62,254 nucleotides of DNA from Bacteroidales bacterium (lineage in GTDB: Bacteria; Bacteroidota; Bacteroidia; Bacteroidales; ML635J-15), in NCBI GenBank assembly GCA_028702675.1, contig JAQVOJ010000003.1:3623-65876 (forward strand), read 5' to 3'. The first letter of the stretch is position 1; the number at the start of each line of letters is the position of its first letter. The translations under genes were made by a program, and so were the position numbers. The notes beneath the pieces are model-generated. The model was not told where the DNA came from and did not search any database. It saw only the letters and a program-made list of their open reading frames with translations. This document shows, in pieces, positions 1-9,414 of this stretch.

Positions 1-31
1 TTCTAAGTTTATATATCTACTTTTTCAAGTA

Positions 32-59
32 AGAATTCTCAGTTTTGTACCCAAACTCA
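32..59. repeat. 28-nt direct repeat, copy 1 (AGAATTCTCAGTTTTGTACCCAAACTCA)
   Basis: An identical 28-mer recurs at 118-145 (read directly). The region is non-coding, with no usable ORF on either strand. Confidence 0.9.
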
Positions 60-61
60 CA

Positions 62-91
62 ACTACCTCACGAATCCTTTCGTGTGGTAGT
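62..91. other. Stable hairpin between the two 28-nt repeats
   Basis: ACTACC-t-CACGAA / loop TCCT / TTCGTG-t-GGTAGT. That is 12 bp of stem with one T.T mismatch. Confidence 0.7.
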
Positions 92-117
92 AAATATGGG
101 ATTACTTCGTGATCCCG

Positions 118-145
118 AGAATTCTCAGTTTTGTACCCAAACTCA
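118..145. repeat. 28-nt direct repeat, copy 2
   Basis: Exact copy of 32-59. Its 3' part (138-151, CAAACTCAAAAGAT) is also the inverted complement of 247-260, which abuts the tRNA 3' end. Confidence 0.9.
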
Positions 146-216
146 AAAGATTTATGGCTATCGCCATTTTTTACTCCTAAATTATGATTTTGAGCAAGCT
201 CAATCTTAATTTCGGA

Positions 217-242
217 ATAAAAAAATAACCGCTATTGCGGTT
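217..242 (-). terminator. Rho-independent terminator downstream of tRNA-Met
   Basis: On the minus strand: AACCGC-AATA-GCGGTT hairpin followed by A-TTTTTTT-A. Confidence 0.7.
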
Positions 243-260
243 ATACATCTTTTGAGTTTG

Positions 261-334
261 TAGCGAGAGGCGGGATTGAACCGCCGACCTCATGATTATG
301 AATCATGCGCTCTAACCATCTGAGCTACCTCGCC
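261..334 (-). tRNA. tRNA with CAT anticodon; elongator tRNA-Met (tRNA-Ile2/lysidine type not excluded)
   Basis: The reverse complement GGCGAGGTAGCTCAGATGGTTAGAGCGCATGATTCATAATCATGAGGTCGGCGGTTCAATCCCGCCTCTCGCTA folds as a cloverleaf. It has a D-loop AGCTCAGATGGTTAGAGC, an anticodon loop TT-CAT-AA and a T-arm GGCGG-TTCAATC-CCGCC. It is not an initiator: there is no GGG/CCC anticodon stem, and positions 1-72 are paired. Confidence 0.9.
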
Positions 335-349
335 AATAAATTAAGGCTG

Positions 350-357
350 CAAAATTA
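350..357 (-). promoter_or_regulatory. Candidate Bacteroidota -7 promoter box (TAATTTTG) for the tRNA
   Basis: On the minus strand, TAATTTTG matches the TAnnTTTG consensus 15 nt upstream of the tRNA 5' end. Confidence 0.4.
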
Positions 358-450
358 ATTATTATAATTAAATATCAAAGATTTGTTTTCTATTTTTTTT
401 CTACCTATATTGCAAAGCATGCTTTTAAGTTTTTATTAATTCAATATGAT

Positions 451-828
451 ATGAATGACAAAGTAGTCCTTAATTTAGAATACCCTATAAAATGCTCCCC
501 AAGAGTTCTTTTTAATAGGCTGAGTACAGCTAGTGGATTATCAGAATGGTTTGCCGACGATGTTCGGGTAAGTAAAAATGTTTATACTTTCGTTTGGGAT
601 GGTTCAGAACAAAAAGCCGAATTAGTATCAAAAAAAGATTTGTCGCATGTCAAATTTAAATGGCTTGACGAGGAGAATGCCTTTTTTGAATTTAGATTAA
701 ATGTTGAAGAACTTACTGGAGATTTAGCACTTATTATTACCGATTGTGTGGATGAGGATGAACAAGAAGGTGTATCAGAATTGTGGGAATCGCAAGTGAA
801 TGTTCTAAAACAGCTCTTAGGTATATAG
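451..828 (+). CDS. Small acidic cytosolic protein, possibly START/SRPBCC (AHSA1-like) fold
   Basis: 125-aa ORF with an ATG start and no signal peptide. The family call rests only on overall resemblance from memory. Confidence 0.45.
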   Translation: MNDKVVLNLEYPIKCSPRVLFNRLSTASGLSEWFADDVRVSKNVYTFVWDGSEQKAELVSKKDLSHVKFKWLDEENAFFEFRLNVEELTGDLALIITDCVDEDEQEGVSELWESQVNVLKQLLGI

Positions 829-854
829 CTTATACTTTTCTTTTAATAAAATCT

Positions 855-862
855 TATCTTTG
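855..862 (+). promoter_or_regulatory. Candidate -7 promoter box TATCTTTG
   Basis: Perfect TAnnTTTG match 21 nt upstream of the ATG at 883. Confidence 0.4.
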
Positions 863-882
863 TCGGCATTACAATATTTATT

Positions 883-2472
883 ATGCTGAAAAAAGTCTAT
901 AGATATATGCTGGTTAAGTTTATAGGACCATTAGTCCTAACATTCTTAATTAGTGTTTTTTTCTTGCTAATGCAATTTCTTTGGAAGTATATTGACGATT
1001 TAGTAGGGAAAGGACTTGATGGACTTGTAATTGCTGAGTTATTGTTTTATGCTTCGCTTACTTTAGTCCCTCTTGCATTGCCATTAAGTGTGTTATTAGC
1101 TTCATTAATGACATTTGGTAATCTTGGTGAGCAATACGAATTATTTGCCATGAAATCTTCTGGTATTAGCTTGCATAAAATTATGAGACCTTTAGTTGTA
1201 ATAGTTCTGATAATTAGTGTGTTGTCTTTTGTGTTCACTAATAACGTATTGCCTGTTACAAATCTAAAGATGAGGTCATTGTTGTTTAGTATTCAGCAAG
1301 AGAAACCTGAAATAAACCTACAGAACGGAATTTTCACCGATGCAATAGATGGATTTAGTATCAAAGTAGAAGATAAAGATAAGCAAACTAAGAGATTAAA
1401 AAATCTAATGATTTATGATCATAGAAATAAGGATGGTAACAAAAATGTTACTCTCGCCGAAAGTGGTAGTATTAAAATGACAGAAGATAAATCATTTCTT
1501 ATTCTAAACCTTAAAAATGGCAGTAGATACGAAGAATTAAAAAGCCAAAATCAAAAGCAAGTTTCTAAAAATACCCGCCCACATCAGACAACTCATTTTG
1601 GTGAACAAACCATGTATATCGAATTAGATGGTCTTGGTCTTGATCGGAATAACGAAGATATGTTTAAAAATGGATTTGAAATGTTGAACATAATTCAATT
1701 GCAATATGCTATGGATTCCTTAGTAGATGCTTTGAATAAACGAAGAGATGTTGTAAAGAATAGTTTTCTAAGTTATAATGTTTTTAAAGGTATTAAAAAA
1801 CCGAGCGAAGATTTACAAAAATTGGATTATAAAAATCAAGCCAATGAATCTAAGAATGATAACACTAAAAATAATAAACAGGTAGATTCAGTTTTGCTTG
1901 ACAAAAATGATTCGGTTGCGAATGAAGAGGAGGTAATGCCCGACTTTAAATATGATAAAGGTACTTATATTGATATTGACAGTTTATTGATGAGTTTGAA
2001 CGGAGTGAAGCGAAACAAAGTTGTTGATTTTGCTTTAAACTACGCAAGATCATCAAAATCATATATCGAAATGACTTCTAACGAAATATTTGCAAAAGCC
2101 CGATGGATAGGCAGGCATGATATTGAATGGCACAGAAAGTTTACTGTGGGATTTGCTTGTTTAGTTTTATTTTTTGTAGGAGCACCATTAGGAGCTATTA
2201 TTAGAAAAGGTGGTTTTGGAACGCCTGTAGTTATTGCTGTATTTGTATTTCTAATGTTTTATATGATTTCAATTACTTTCGAGAAAATGTCGCGTGAATT
2301 AGTAATATCTGCATTTTGGGGAATGTGGACAGGAAGTTTTATAATGTTGCCATTTGGAATATATCTGACACTTAAAGCAGCAAATGATTCGTTAATAGTA
2401 AGCGCAGAACAATATGCAAGATTTATTAATAAATTTAAAATTAAACGAAAAAGAAGAAATAATCATCAATAA
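883..2472 (+). CDS. LptF/LptG (YjgP/YjgQ) family LPS-export permease with an enlarged periplasmic insert
   Basis: The N-terminus YMLVKFIGPLVLTF...FLWKYIDDLVGKG is typical of the family. It has multiple TM segments at both ends and a long polar, N/K/Q-rich central region. Confidence 0.8.
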   Translation: MLKKVYRYMLVKFIGPLVLTFLISVFFLLMQFLWKYIDDLVGKGLDGLVIAELLFYASLTLVPLALPLSVLLASLMTFGNLGEQYELFAMKSSGISLHKIMRPLVVIVLIISVLSFVFTNNVLPVTNLKMRSLLFSIQQEKPEINLQNGIFTDAIDGFSIKVEDKDKQTKRLKNLMIYDHRNKDGNKNVTLAESGSIKMTEDKSFLILNLKNGSRYEELKSQNQKQVSKNTRPHQTTHFGEQTMYIELDGLGLDRNNEDMFKNGFEMLNIIQLQYAMDSLVDALNKRRDVVKNSFLSYNVFKGIKKPSEDLQKLDYKNQANESKNDNTKNNKQVDSVLLDKNDSVANEEEVMPDFKYDKGTYIDIDSLLMSLNGVKRNKVVDFALNYARSSKSYIEMTSNEIFAKARWIGRHDIEWHRKFTVGFACLVLFFVGAPLGAIIRKGGFGTPVVIAVFVFLMFYMISITFEKMSRELVISAFWGMWTGSFIMLPFGIYLTLKAANDSLIVSAEQYARFINKFKIKRKRRNNHQ

Positions 2473-2528
2473 AGAACATATAAATTTTTATATTGCAAAC
2501 TTTTTTAGAATTAGATATTGTTTGAGTA

Positions 2529-3734
2529 ATGAGGATATTATTATTAACCAATAAAATACCATATCCACCACACGATGGCGGTTCGATTGCAACATTAACA
2601 CTTGCCAAGGCTCTTAAAAATGCCGGTAATCATATTCATATCCTCTCAATGAATACCTCGAAGCATTTTTACAATACATCAGATATTCCACAAGATATAC
2701 TTAAAGACTTAAATCTGGAAACAGTCCCCGTTAATACTTCGATTTCGGCAAAAGCAATTCTTATAAATCTGATGTTTAAGAAAATTCCATACAATGCTGA
2801 GCGATTCATAAATAAGGATTTTGATGAAGCTTTAATAAAGCTTCTTAGTAAATTTGATTTTGATATTGTACAATTAGAAGGATTGTATGTATGTCCGTAT
2901 ATCGAAACTATTAGAAAACACAGCAAGGCTTTAATTGCACTTAGGGCTCACAATATTGAACACGAAATTTGGGAAAGAACTGTTGTAAATGAAAAAGCAT
3001 TCCTAAAGCGTTTCTATATAAAAAACCTCGCAAAACGAATAAAAAACTTTGAAACAGGCTTTTTTAATAAATACGATTTGTTGATTCCAATCACAGAACG
3101 AGATGGCTTAAAGTGCAAAGAATTAGGAAGCAAAATCCCGGCTCACGTTGTCCCAACAGGTATAGATTCGGAGAACTACAAAGTTGATAATAATAGTAGT
3201 AATTACCCCGGACTTTTTCATATTGGTGCACTTGATTGGATACCTAATCAAGAAGGATTGATGTGGTTCCTGAATAAAGCATGGCCTTTGATACATAAAG
3301 AACACCCAAACCTCGAATTTGTAATTGCAGGCAGAAATGCTCCTGATAGTTTTTTAGCAAAGATTAAACAGGATGGTGTTAAGTATGTTGGTGAAGTGGA
3401 TAACGCAATTGATTTTATGAACCAACAGAGCATTATGATAGTACCACTTCTATCGGGGTCGGGAATGAGAATAAAAATTATCGAAGGAATGGCACTTGGA
3501 AAAGTAATTGTAACTACTTCTATTGGCACCGAAGGAATTGATACAACCCATAATCAAAATGTGCTAATTAGCAATACACCTGACATGTTTGCACACGAAA
3601 TAAAGCGGTTGATAAATAATAAAGAACTTTTCGATTTTCTTAGTAAAAATGCTGTTAAATTTGTAAACGAAAATTATAATAATAAAAATATTGCTGATAA
3701 TTTAACAAGATTTTACGAATCTCAATTAGGATGA
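2529..3734 (+). CDS. Glycosyltransferase family 4 (GT-B, group 1)
   Basis: N-terminal PYPPHDGGS motif and C-terminal EG(M/F)xLxxxEAMA-like segment (IKIIEGMALGKVIV). Confidence 0.8.
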   Translation: MRILLLTNKIPYPPHDGGSIATLTLAKALKNAGNHIHILSMNTSKHFYNTSDIPQDILKDLNLETVPVNTSISAKAILINLMFKKIPYNAERFINKDFDEALIKLLSKFDFDIVQLEGLYVCPYIETIRKHSKALIALRAHNIEHEIWERTVVNEKAFLKRFYIKNLAKRIKNFETGFFNKYDLLIPITERDGLKCKELGSKIPAHVVPTGIDSENYKVDNNSSNYPGLFHIGALDWIPNQEGLMWFLNKAWPLIHKEHPNLEFVIAGRNAPDSFLAKIKQDGVKYVGEVDNAIDFMNQQSIMIVPLLSGSGMRIKIIEGMALGKVIVTTSIGTEGIDTTHNQNVLISNTPDMFAHEIKRLINNKELFDFLSKNAVKFVNENYNNKNIADNLTRFYESQLG

Positions 3735-4894
3735 TTTTACTGCAAATAATCTTTTGGCTTTGCGTATTTGTGATTTTTCACTCGTATGTTTTGTATCCAT
3801 TGATAATTAAATGGTTACCTAAAAAGCAAAAATATCACATTTATTCTGATTGCGAAACACTTTCGGTAAGTATTCTTATGGCTGCTTTTAACGAAGAAAT
3901 GGTAATTGAAGAAAAAATTGAATCTATCCTTAATAGTGATTATCCTATCGAAAAACTTGAAATAATTATTGGGTCAGATAATAGTACAGACAAAACAAAC
4001 GAAATTGTTCAAAAACTTGCAGCAAATATCCCACAAATTAGATTTATCCCTTTTGATAAACGACAAGGGAAATCTAATATTATTAATCAACTTGCCGATC
4101 TTGCTACAGGCGATATTTTTATTCTTACAGATGCAAACGTAATGTTCAATAAAAAAACTATTAACGAACTTATTAAACCTTTTTGCGATGAAGAAATTGG
4201 ACTTGTTGATAGTAATATGATAAATACAGGTTTAAAAAAACATGGCATAAGTATTCAAGAAAAATCATACATCAGTAGAGAAGTTATGATTAAACATTAC
4301 GAAAGTATGCACTGGGGCACTATGATGGGACCTTTCGGAGGATGTTTTGCTTTGCGTAACAAACTTTTTACAAAAGTACCACTTAACTTTTTAGTTGACG
4401 ATTTCTATATTTGTATGCAAGTGATAAAAAAAGGGTTTAAAACAATAAATAATATTGATGCCGAAGTATATGAAGATGTATCTAACAATTTATATATAGA
4501 ATTTAAAAGAAAAATAAGAATTGCAACTGGTGACTTTCAAAATTTAGCTCAGTTTGCTTCTTTCTTATGGCCACCATATACAGGACTAGCTTTTAGTTTC
4601 TTAAGTCATAAAGTTCTGAGATGGATTGGACCTTTGATTTTGATTATTGCAGCAATTTGTCTGTGTGTAATGGCATTCTTCAGTAAATTCTATATGATAT
4701 TAGCAATAATATATATGTTTTCATTTTTTATACCATTTATTGATATTTTGTTGAAAAAAATAAGAATACATAATATAATTTTGCGATTTATAACCCATTT
4801 CTATACAATGAATCTAGCATTGTTGATAGGAATGTTTAAAGCAATAAAAGGAGTAAAAAGTAATGTGTGGAAACCAACTCAAAGATTTCAGTAA
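3731..4894 (+). CDS. Glycosyltransferase family 2 (membrane-anchored)
   Basis: [11 protein letters not shown]...DNSTD...TDAN motifs (DxD-type GT-A). TM helices flank the domain. ATGA overlap with the upstream GT4 gene. Confidence 0.8.
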   Translation: MILLQIIFWLCVFVIFHSYVLYPLIIKWLPKKQKYHIYSDCETLSVSILMAAFNEEMVIEEKIESILNSDYPIEKLEIIIGSDNSTDKTNEIVQKLAANIPQIRFIPFDKRQGKSNIINQLADLATGDIFILTDANVMFNKKTINELIKPFCDEEIGLVDSNMINTGLKKHGISIQEKSYISREVMIKHYESMHWGTMMGPFGGCFALRNKLFTKVPLNFLVDDFYICMQVIKKGFKTINNIDAEVYEDVSNNLYIEFKRKIRIATGDFQNLAQFASFLWPPYTGLAFSFLSHKVLRWIGPLILIIAAICLCVMAFFSKFYMILAIIYMFSFFIPFIDILLKKIRIHNIILRFITHFYTMNLALLIGMFKAIKGVKSNVWKPTQRFQ

Positions 4895-6116
4895 TGAACT
4901 AAGTTCAATAGAAGAAGCTATTAATGATATTCGTGAGGGTAAACTTTTAATTGTGGTTGATGATTATGATCGTGAAAACGAAGGTGATTTTATTGTAGCT
5001 GCCGAAAAAATTACACCCGAAATTGTCAACTTTATGGCAACTCATGGGCGAGGATTAATTTGTGCACCAATTCCTGAAGAAAGATGCGAACAGCTAAATC
5101 TTGAATTAATGGTCGGGAAAAATACTTCACTGCACGAAACACCTTTTACCGTAAGTGTAGATTTAATAGGTAATGGTTGTACAACCGGAATATCTGCTTC
5201 AGACAGATCAAAAACTATAAAAGCTCTTATTGACCCTATAACTAAGCCCGAAGATTTAGGCAGACCTGGACATATTTTCCCTTTAAGAGCTAGAAATAAT
5301 GGAGTTCTACGTAGAGCTGGACATACTGAAGCAGTTGTTGATTTAACTAGATTGGCCGGACTTATTCCCGGAGGTGCTTTAGTAGAAATTATGAACGAAG
5401 ACGGTACAATGGCAAGATTGCCACAACTAATCGAAATTGGTAGTCGATTTAACATTAAAATTATTACAATTAGGGATCTTATAGAATATCGACTTAAAAC
5501 CGAAAGCTTAATTGAGCATGGTGCAGAGGTAAATTTACCTACTGACTATGGCGATTTCAAATTAGTACCTTTTAAGCAAAAAAATAGCGGTTTAGAACAT
5601 GTAGCTTTAATAAAAGGTAAATGGACTGAAGATGAACCTATTCTAGTGAGAGTACATTCATCATGTGTTACAGGCGATATATTTGGCTCTAAGCGTTGCG
5701 ATTGTGGCGACCAACTTCATAAAAGTATGCAGTTAATAGATAAAATCGGTAAAGGTGTAATAGTATATCTTAATCAAGAGGGGAGAGGTATAGGTTTGTT
5801 TAATAAGATTGCTGCCTATAAGTTACAAGAAGAAGGTCTTGATACCGTAGAAGCTAATTTACACTTAGGATTTAAAGATGATGAACGTGATTATGGTGTA
5901 GGTGCTCAAATATTGCGGAGTCTAGGTGTTAAAAAAATGAAATTAATAACAAATAATCCGGTTAAAAAAGCAGGTCTAAAAGGTTACGGACTTGAAATTG
6001 TTGAAAATGTTCATCTCGAAATTCACCCTAATAAATTCAATAGGTTTTATCTTGAAACCAAAAAATATAAGATGGGGCACGAGCTTGATCTCGATGAGGA
6101 TAAGAATACTAAATAA
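4863..6116 (+). CDS. ribBA: Bifunctional 3,4-dihydroxy-2-butanone-4-phosphate synthase / GTP cyclohydrolase II
   Basis: [11 protein letters not shown], HTEA and VRVHSxCxTGD...CDCG motifs. The ATG at 4863 overlaps the GT2 gene by 32 nt. Confidence 0.93.
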   Translation: MCGNQLKDFSNELSSIEEAINDIREGKLLIVVDDYDRENEGDFIVAAEKITPEIVNFMATHGRGLICAPIPEERCEQLNLELMVGKNTSLHETPFTVSVDLIGNGCTTGISASDRSKTIKALIDPITKPEDLGRPGHIFPLRARNNGVLRRAGHTEAVVDLTRLAGLIPGGALVEIMNEDGTMARLPQLIEIGSRFNIKIITIRDLIEYRLKTESLIEHGAEVNLPTDYGDFKLVPFKQKNSGLEHVALIKGKWTEDEPILVRVHSSCVTGDIFGSKRCDCGDQLHKSMQLIDKIGKGVIVYLNQEGRGIGLFNKIAAYKLQEEGLDTVEANLHLGFKDDERDYGVGAQILRSLGVKKMKLITNNPVKKAGLKGYGLEIVENVHLEIHPNKFNRFYLETKKYKMGHELDLDEDKNTK

Positions 6117-6127
6117 AAAAGCTGTTT

Positions 6128-7081
6128 ATGAGGATAGTTTATTTTGGAACTCCTGAATTTGCAGTGGCACCATTACAAAAATTATGCAATGCAGGTGTAG
6201 ATGTTTTATCAGTTGTTACAGCACCTGATAAACCTGCCGGAAGGGGCAAAAAACTTAAAACATCTGCCGTTAAAGACTTTGCACTGAAAACAGAAATTCC
6301 TGTTCTTCAACCAAATAATCTTAAAGATGAAAGTTTCATTTTTAGATTAAAAAATTTAAATGCAGATTTGTTCATTGTCGTAGCATTTAGAATGTTACCT
6401 GCCGAAGTGTGGAAAATTCCAAACTTAGGAACTTTTAATTTGCATGCTTCTTTGTTGCCTAATTATCGTGGAGCCGCTCCAATAAACTGGGCAATAATAA
6501 ATGGAGAAACAAAAACAGGACTTACTACTTTCTTTATTGAGCAATCTATAGATACTGGAGAGATAATTCTGCAAAAAGAAACCAATATTTACTCAAACGA
6601 AAATGCCGGAAGTCTGCATGACCGGCTAATGAATATTGGAGCTGACCTTGTTCTTGAAACTGTAAAACTCATTAGCAAAAATAAAGTAGTGGGTAAACCT
6701 CAGGAACTCTATATCGACGAAAAATCGAAACTAAAACTTGCTCCCAAAATTTATAAAGAAGATACTAAAATTAATTGGAACTCCCCTGTAAAGGAAATTT
6801 ACAATAAAATTAGGGGTTTGAGTCCGTATCCATGTGCATTTACTAATTTTTATCCCGATAATAATACTGCCATAAATATTAAGATTTTTGATGCAGATTA
6901 TCTGTTTGACCATAATGTCCATAAACATGGTATAGTTGATACCGATGGTAAAAAGTATTTTAAAATAGCGTGTACGGATGGATGGATTTTGGTAAAAGAG
7001 ATTCAACAGCAGGGTAAAAAACGTTTGCCGATAAAAGCGTTCCTATCAGGTTTTAATTTTGATTCGGGTTTTTGTAAGTAA
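6128..7081 (+). CDS. fmt: Methionyl-tRNA formyltransferase
   Basis: MRIVYFGTPEFAV and HASLLPNYRGAAPINWAIING motifs. Confidence 0.93.
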   Translation: MRIVYFGTPEFAVAPLQKLCNAGVDVLSVVTAPDKPAGRGKKLKTSAVKDFALKTEIPVLQPNNLKDESFIFRLKNLNADLFIVVAFRMLPAEVWKIPNLGTFNLHASLLPNYRGAAPINWAIINGETKTGLTTFFIEQSIDTGEIILQKETNIYSNENAGSLHDRLMNIGADLVLETVKLISKNKVVGKPQELYIDEKSKLKLAPKIYKEDTKINWNSPVKEIYNKIRGLSPYPCAFTNFYPDNNTAINIKIFDADYLFDHNVHKHGIVDTDGKKYFKIACTDGWILVKEIQQQGKKRLPIKAFLSGFNFDSGFCK

Positions 7082-7088
7082 ATATAAG

Positions 7089-7144
7089 GGGCTTTTGGCA
7101 CATATTTTTGCAATTTTTAAAGCATAAAATTGTGCCAAAAGCCC
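7089..7144. other. Perfect 14-bp inverted repeat (GGGCTTTTGGCACA / TGTGCCAAAAGCCC) with a 28-nt AT-rich loop
   Basis: Read directly. It begins 8 nt after the fmt stop, has no U-tract after the stem, and its loop contains TATTTTTG (7103-7110), a TAnnTTTG match. Confidence 0.6.
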
Positions 7145-7222
7145 GTACAAGCAAAATCTTAATCCTATTATTATCTAATTTGAACGATTATATGTATTTT
7201 TACAAATTAAAAGTCTAAATCA

Positions 7223-7927
7223 ATGAAAATTGCTCTTATAGGATACGGAAAAATGGGAAAAGAAATTGAAAAAATTGCTGTAGAAAGAAAGCATGAAATT
7301 GTTGCACGTATCGACAAACACAATTTTCAAGAATTGAATAGTTTAAAAGCTGATATCGCTATAGAATTTACTCAACCTGACAGTGCTCCGGTTAATTACA
7401 AAAAAATGTTCGACCAAAATATTCCTGTAGTATCAGGTACAACCGGTATTGCATCAGAATTTGATAATATTGTTAAGTATTGTAACGAAAAAAAAGCTGC
7501 GTTTTTCTATGCTACCAACTTTAGTGTTGGAGTAAATATTTTTTTTAGTATTAATAAGTTACTGGCTAAGCTGACCGAGAATTATAATTATAAGTGTAAT
7601 ATTTCTGAAACTCATCATATACATAAAATGGATGCTCCAAGTGGAACTGCTATTAGTATTGCTGATGATATTATTTCTCAAAATCGTAATTTTATTAAAT
7701 GGGAGTTAAAAAATAGTGTGTCGGATAATGTTTTACCGATTGAATCGTTTAGAGAAGGTGAAGTTACAGGTACGCATTCTGTTAAATGGCAAAGTGAAAT
7801 AGATGAAATCGAAATTAAACACAAAGCTTATACACGAAAGGGCTTTGCTTTTGGGGCAGTGCTGGCAGCAGAATTCTTGATAGGAAAAACAGGTGTATAT
7901 GGTATGAAAGATTTATTGAAACTTTAA
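7223..7927 (+). CDS. dapB: 4-hydroxy-tetrahydrodipicolinate reductase
   Basis: [12 protein letters not shown] and [15 protein letters not shown] motifs. Confidence 0.92.
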   Translation: MKIALIGYGKMGKEIEKIAVERKHEIVARIDKHNFQELNSLKADIAIEFTQPDSAPVNYKKMFDQNIPVVSGTTGIASEFDNIVKYCNEKKAAFFYATNFSVGVNIFFSINKLLAKLTENYNYKCNISETHHIHKMDAPSGTAISIADDIISQNRNFIKWELKNSVSDNVLPIESFREGEVTGTHSVKWQSEIDEIEIKHKAYTRKGFAFGAVLAAEFLIGKTGVYGMKDLLKL

Positions 7928-7937
7928 AACTGAAAAT

Positions 7938-9410
7938 ATGGCAATAAAATCTGCAAAAAAAGAATCGTTAAGAAAAATTTGGTGGAATAAGTTTAAGCAA
8001 ACTGCTTTCGGAAGAATCTTAACAAACAGATATTTTAAATTTTCCCTCACAGCTATATTATACATTTTGTGGGTTGTATGGATGGGAAGTTATTGGTGGC
8101 TTATAGGCTTGATCGTAATCGTTGATATTTATATTACAAAGCGTGTGAGATGGGCATTTTGGAAGCCCCGAAAAGATAAAAAAATGAGCAAGCTTAAACG
8201 TAAAACTCTAGAATGGGTTGACGCGTTAATTTTTGCAGTAATAGCAGCATCGTTTATACGGATATTTTTCTTTGAAGCATTTACTATCCCAACAAGCTCA
8301 ATGGAAAAATCTTTGCTTATTGGTGATTATTTATTTGTGAGTAAAGTGGCTTATGGACCAAGAGTGCCAAATACTCCCTTAAGTTTCCCTTTTGTGCATC
8401 ACACTCTTCCGCTTACTAAATCAACTCCATCGTTTGTAGAATGGATTAAAAACGATTACAGACGCATGTTGGGGTTTGGTAGTATTAATAGAAATGATTG
8501 TGTAGTTTTTAATTACCCTACAGGTGATACTGTTGTAGTACAAAATCAGGCTCAAGGGTATTATGATATAGTGAGAATTAGAGCTTACGAACTCAGAATC
8601 AGAGATATGCATTTGGGTAATGAAACTTTAACCGAACAGGAATATATTAGCGAAGCAAGAAAACAGATATGGAACGAAAATGATATTATTATAAGACCTG
8701 TTGATAAACGAGAAAACTATATCAAAAGATGTGTGGCAATTGCCGGCGATACCTTAGAAATTAAAAATGGGATTGTTTACATTAACGGACATGAACAACA
8801 AAAGTTTGAAGGTGTTCAGTACAATTACAAAATTGTTACAAACGGGACTTCGCTAAACGACAAGAAACTTAAAGAAATGGATATCAACTATCAGGATATG
8901 CATAGTCAAGGTAATACGTATATTTTGCCACTTACAAGCAAAAATTATAACACAATTAAAAGCTTCCCAATTGTAAAATCTATTACTAAGCTTACAAAAG
9001 ATAAAGGAGAACGTAATTTTAGAATATTTCCACATTCACCTACATTTGCATGGAACGAAGATTGGTTTGGTCCATTGTATATCCCCAAGAAAGGGACAAC
9101 TATAACTATAGATACCGCATCATTGGCACCTTATAAGCGTATAATAGGATATTACGAAAATAATGATCTTGAAATTAAAGGAGATAAAATTTTTATTAAT
9201 GGCGAAGAAACTAACGAATATACTTTTAAAATGAATTATTATTGGTTAATGGGTGATAATCGCCACAATTCTGCAGATTCAAGATTTTGGGGATTTGTCC
9301 CCGAAGACCACGTAGTTGGTAAAGCTCATATAATTTGGTTTTCTAAAGATAAAGAAAATGGAAAAATTAGGTGGAATAGATTGTTTAAAAAGGTTAAAAA
9401 TTTGAAATAA
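7938..9410 (+). CDS. lepB: Signal peptidase I (long Bacteroidota type)
   Basis: Box [11 protein letters not shown], box [12 protein letters not shown] and box [18 protein letters not shown] are all present. Confidence 0.92.
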   Translation: MAIKSAKKESLRKIWWNKFKQTAFGRILTNRYFKFSLTAILYILWVVWMGSYWWLIGLIVIVDIYITKRVRWAFWKPRKDKKMSKLKRKTLEWVDALIFAVIAASFIRIFFFEAFTIPTSSMEKSLLIGDYLFVSKVAYGPRVPNTPLSFPFVHHTLPLTKSTPSFVEWIKNDYRRMLGFGSINRNDCVVFNYPTGDTVVVQNQAQGYYDIVRIRAYELRIRDMHLGNETLTEQEYISEARKQIWNENDIIIRPVDKRENYIKRCVAIAGDTLEIKNGIVYINGHEQQKFEGVQYNYKIVTNGTSLNDKKLKEMDINYQDMHSQGNTYILPLTSKNYNTIKSFPIVKSITKLTKDKGERNFRIFPHSPTFAWNEDWFGPLYIPKKGTTITIDTASLAPYKRIIGYYENNDLEIKGDKIFINGEETNEYTFKMNYYWLMGDNRHNSADSRFWGFVPEDHVVGKAHIIWFSKDKENGKIRWNRLFKKVKNLK

Positions 9411-9414
9411 CACT

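Noticed and set aside
32-145. The two 28-nt direct repeats could be the end of a CRISPR array.
   Set aside because: Only two copies are visible. The 58-nt interval is far longer than normal spacers and contains its own strong hairpin. The repeat is not palindromic, and no cas genes lie in the 62 kb. It is kept as an unexplained repeat instead.
2-231. Open frames across the left-edge repeats: plus-strand frame 2..113 and a 57-plus-codon minus-strand frame.
   Set aside because: There are no usable start codons. The two repeat copies would be read in different frames, and the sequence overlaps a terminator. It is judged non-coding.
7082-7222. Possible lysine riboswitch upstream of dapB, or FMN riboswitch upstream of ribBA.
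   Set aside because: The dapB leader is too short and lacks the multi-helix lysine-element layout, having only one simple hairpin. ribBA has no leader at all.
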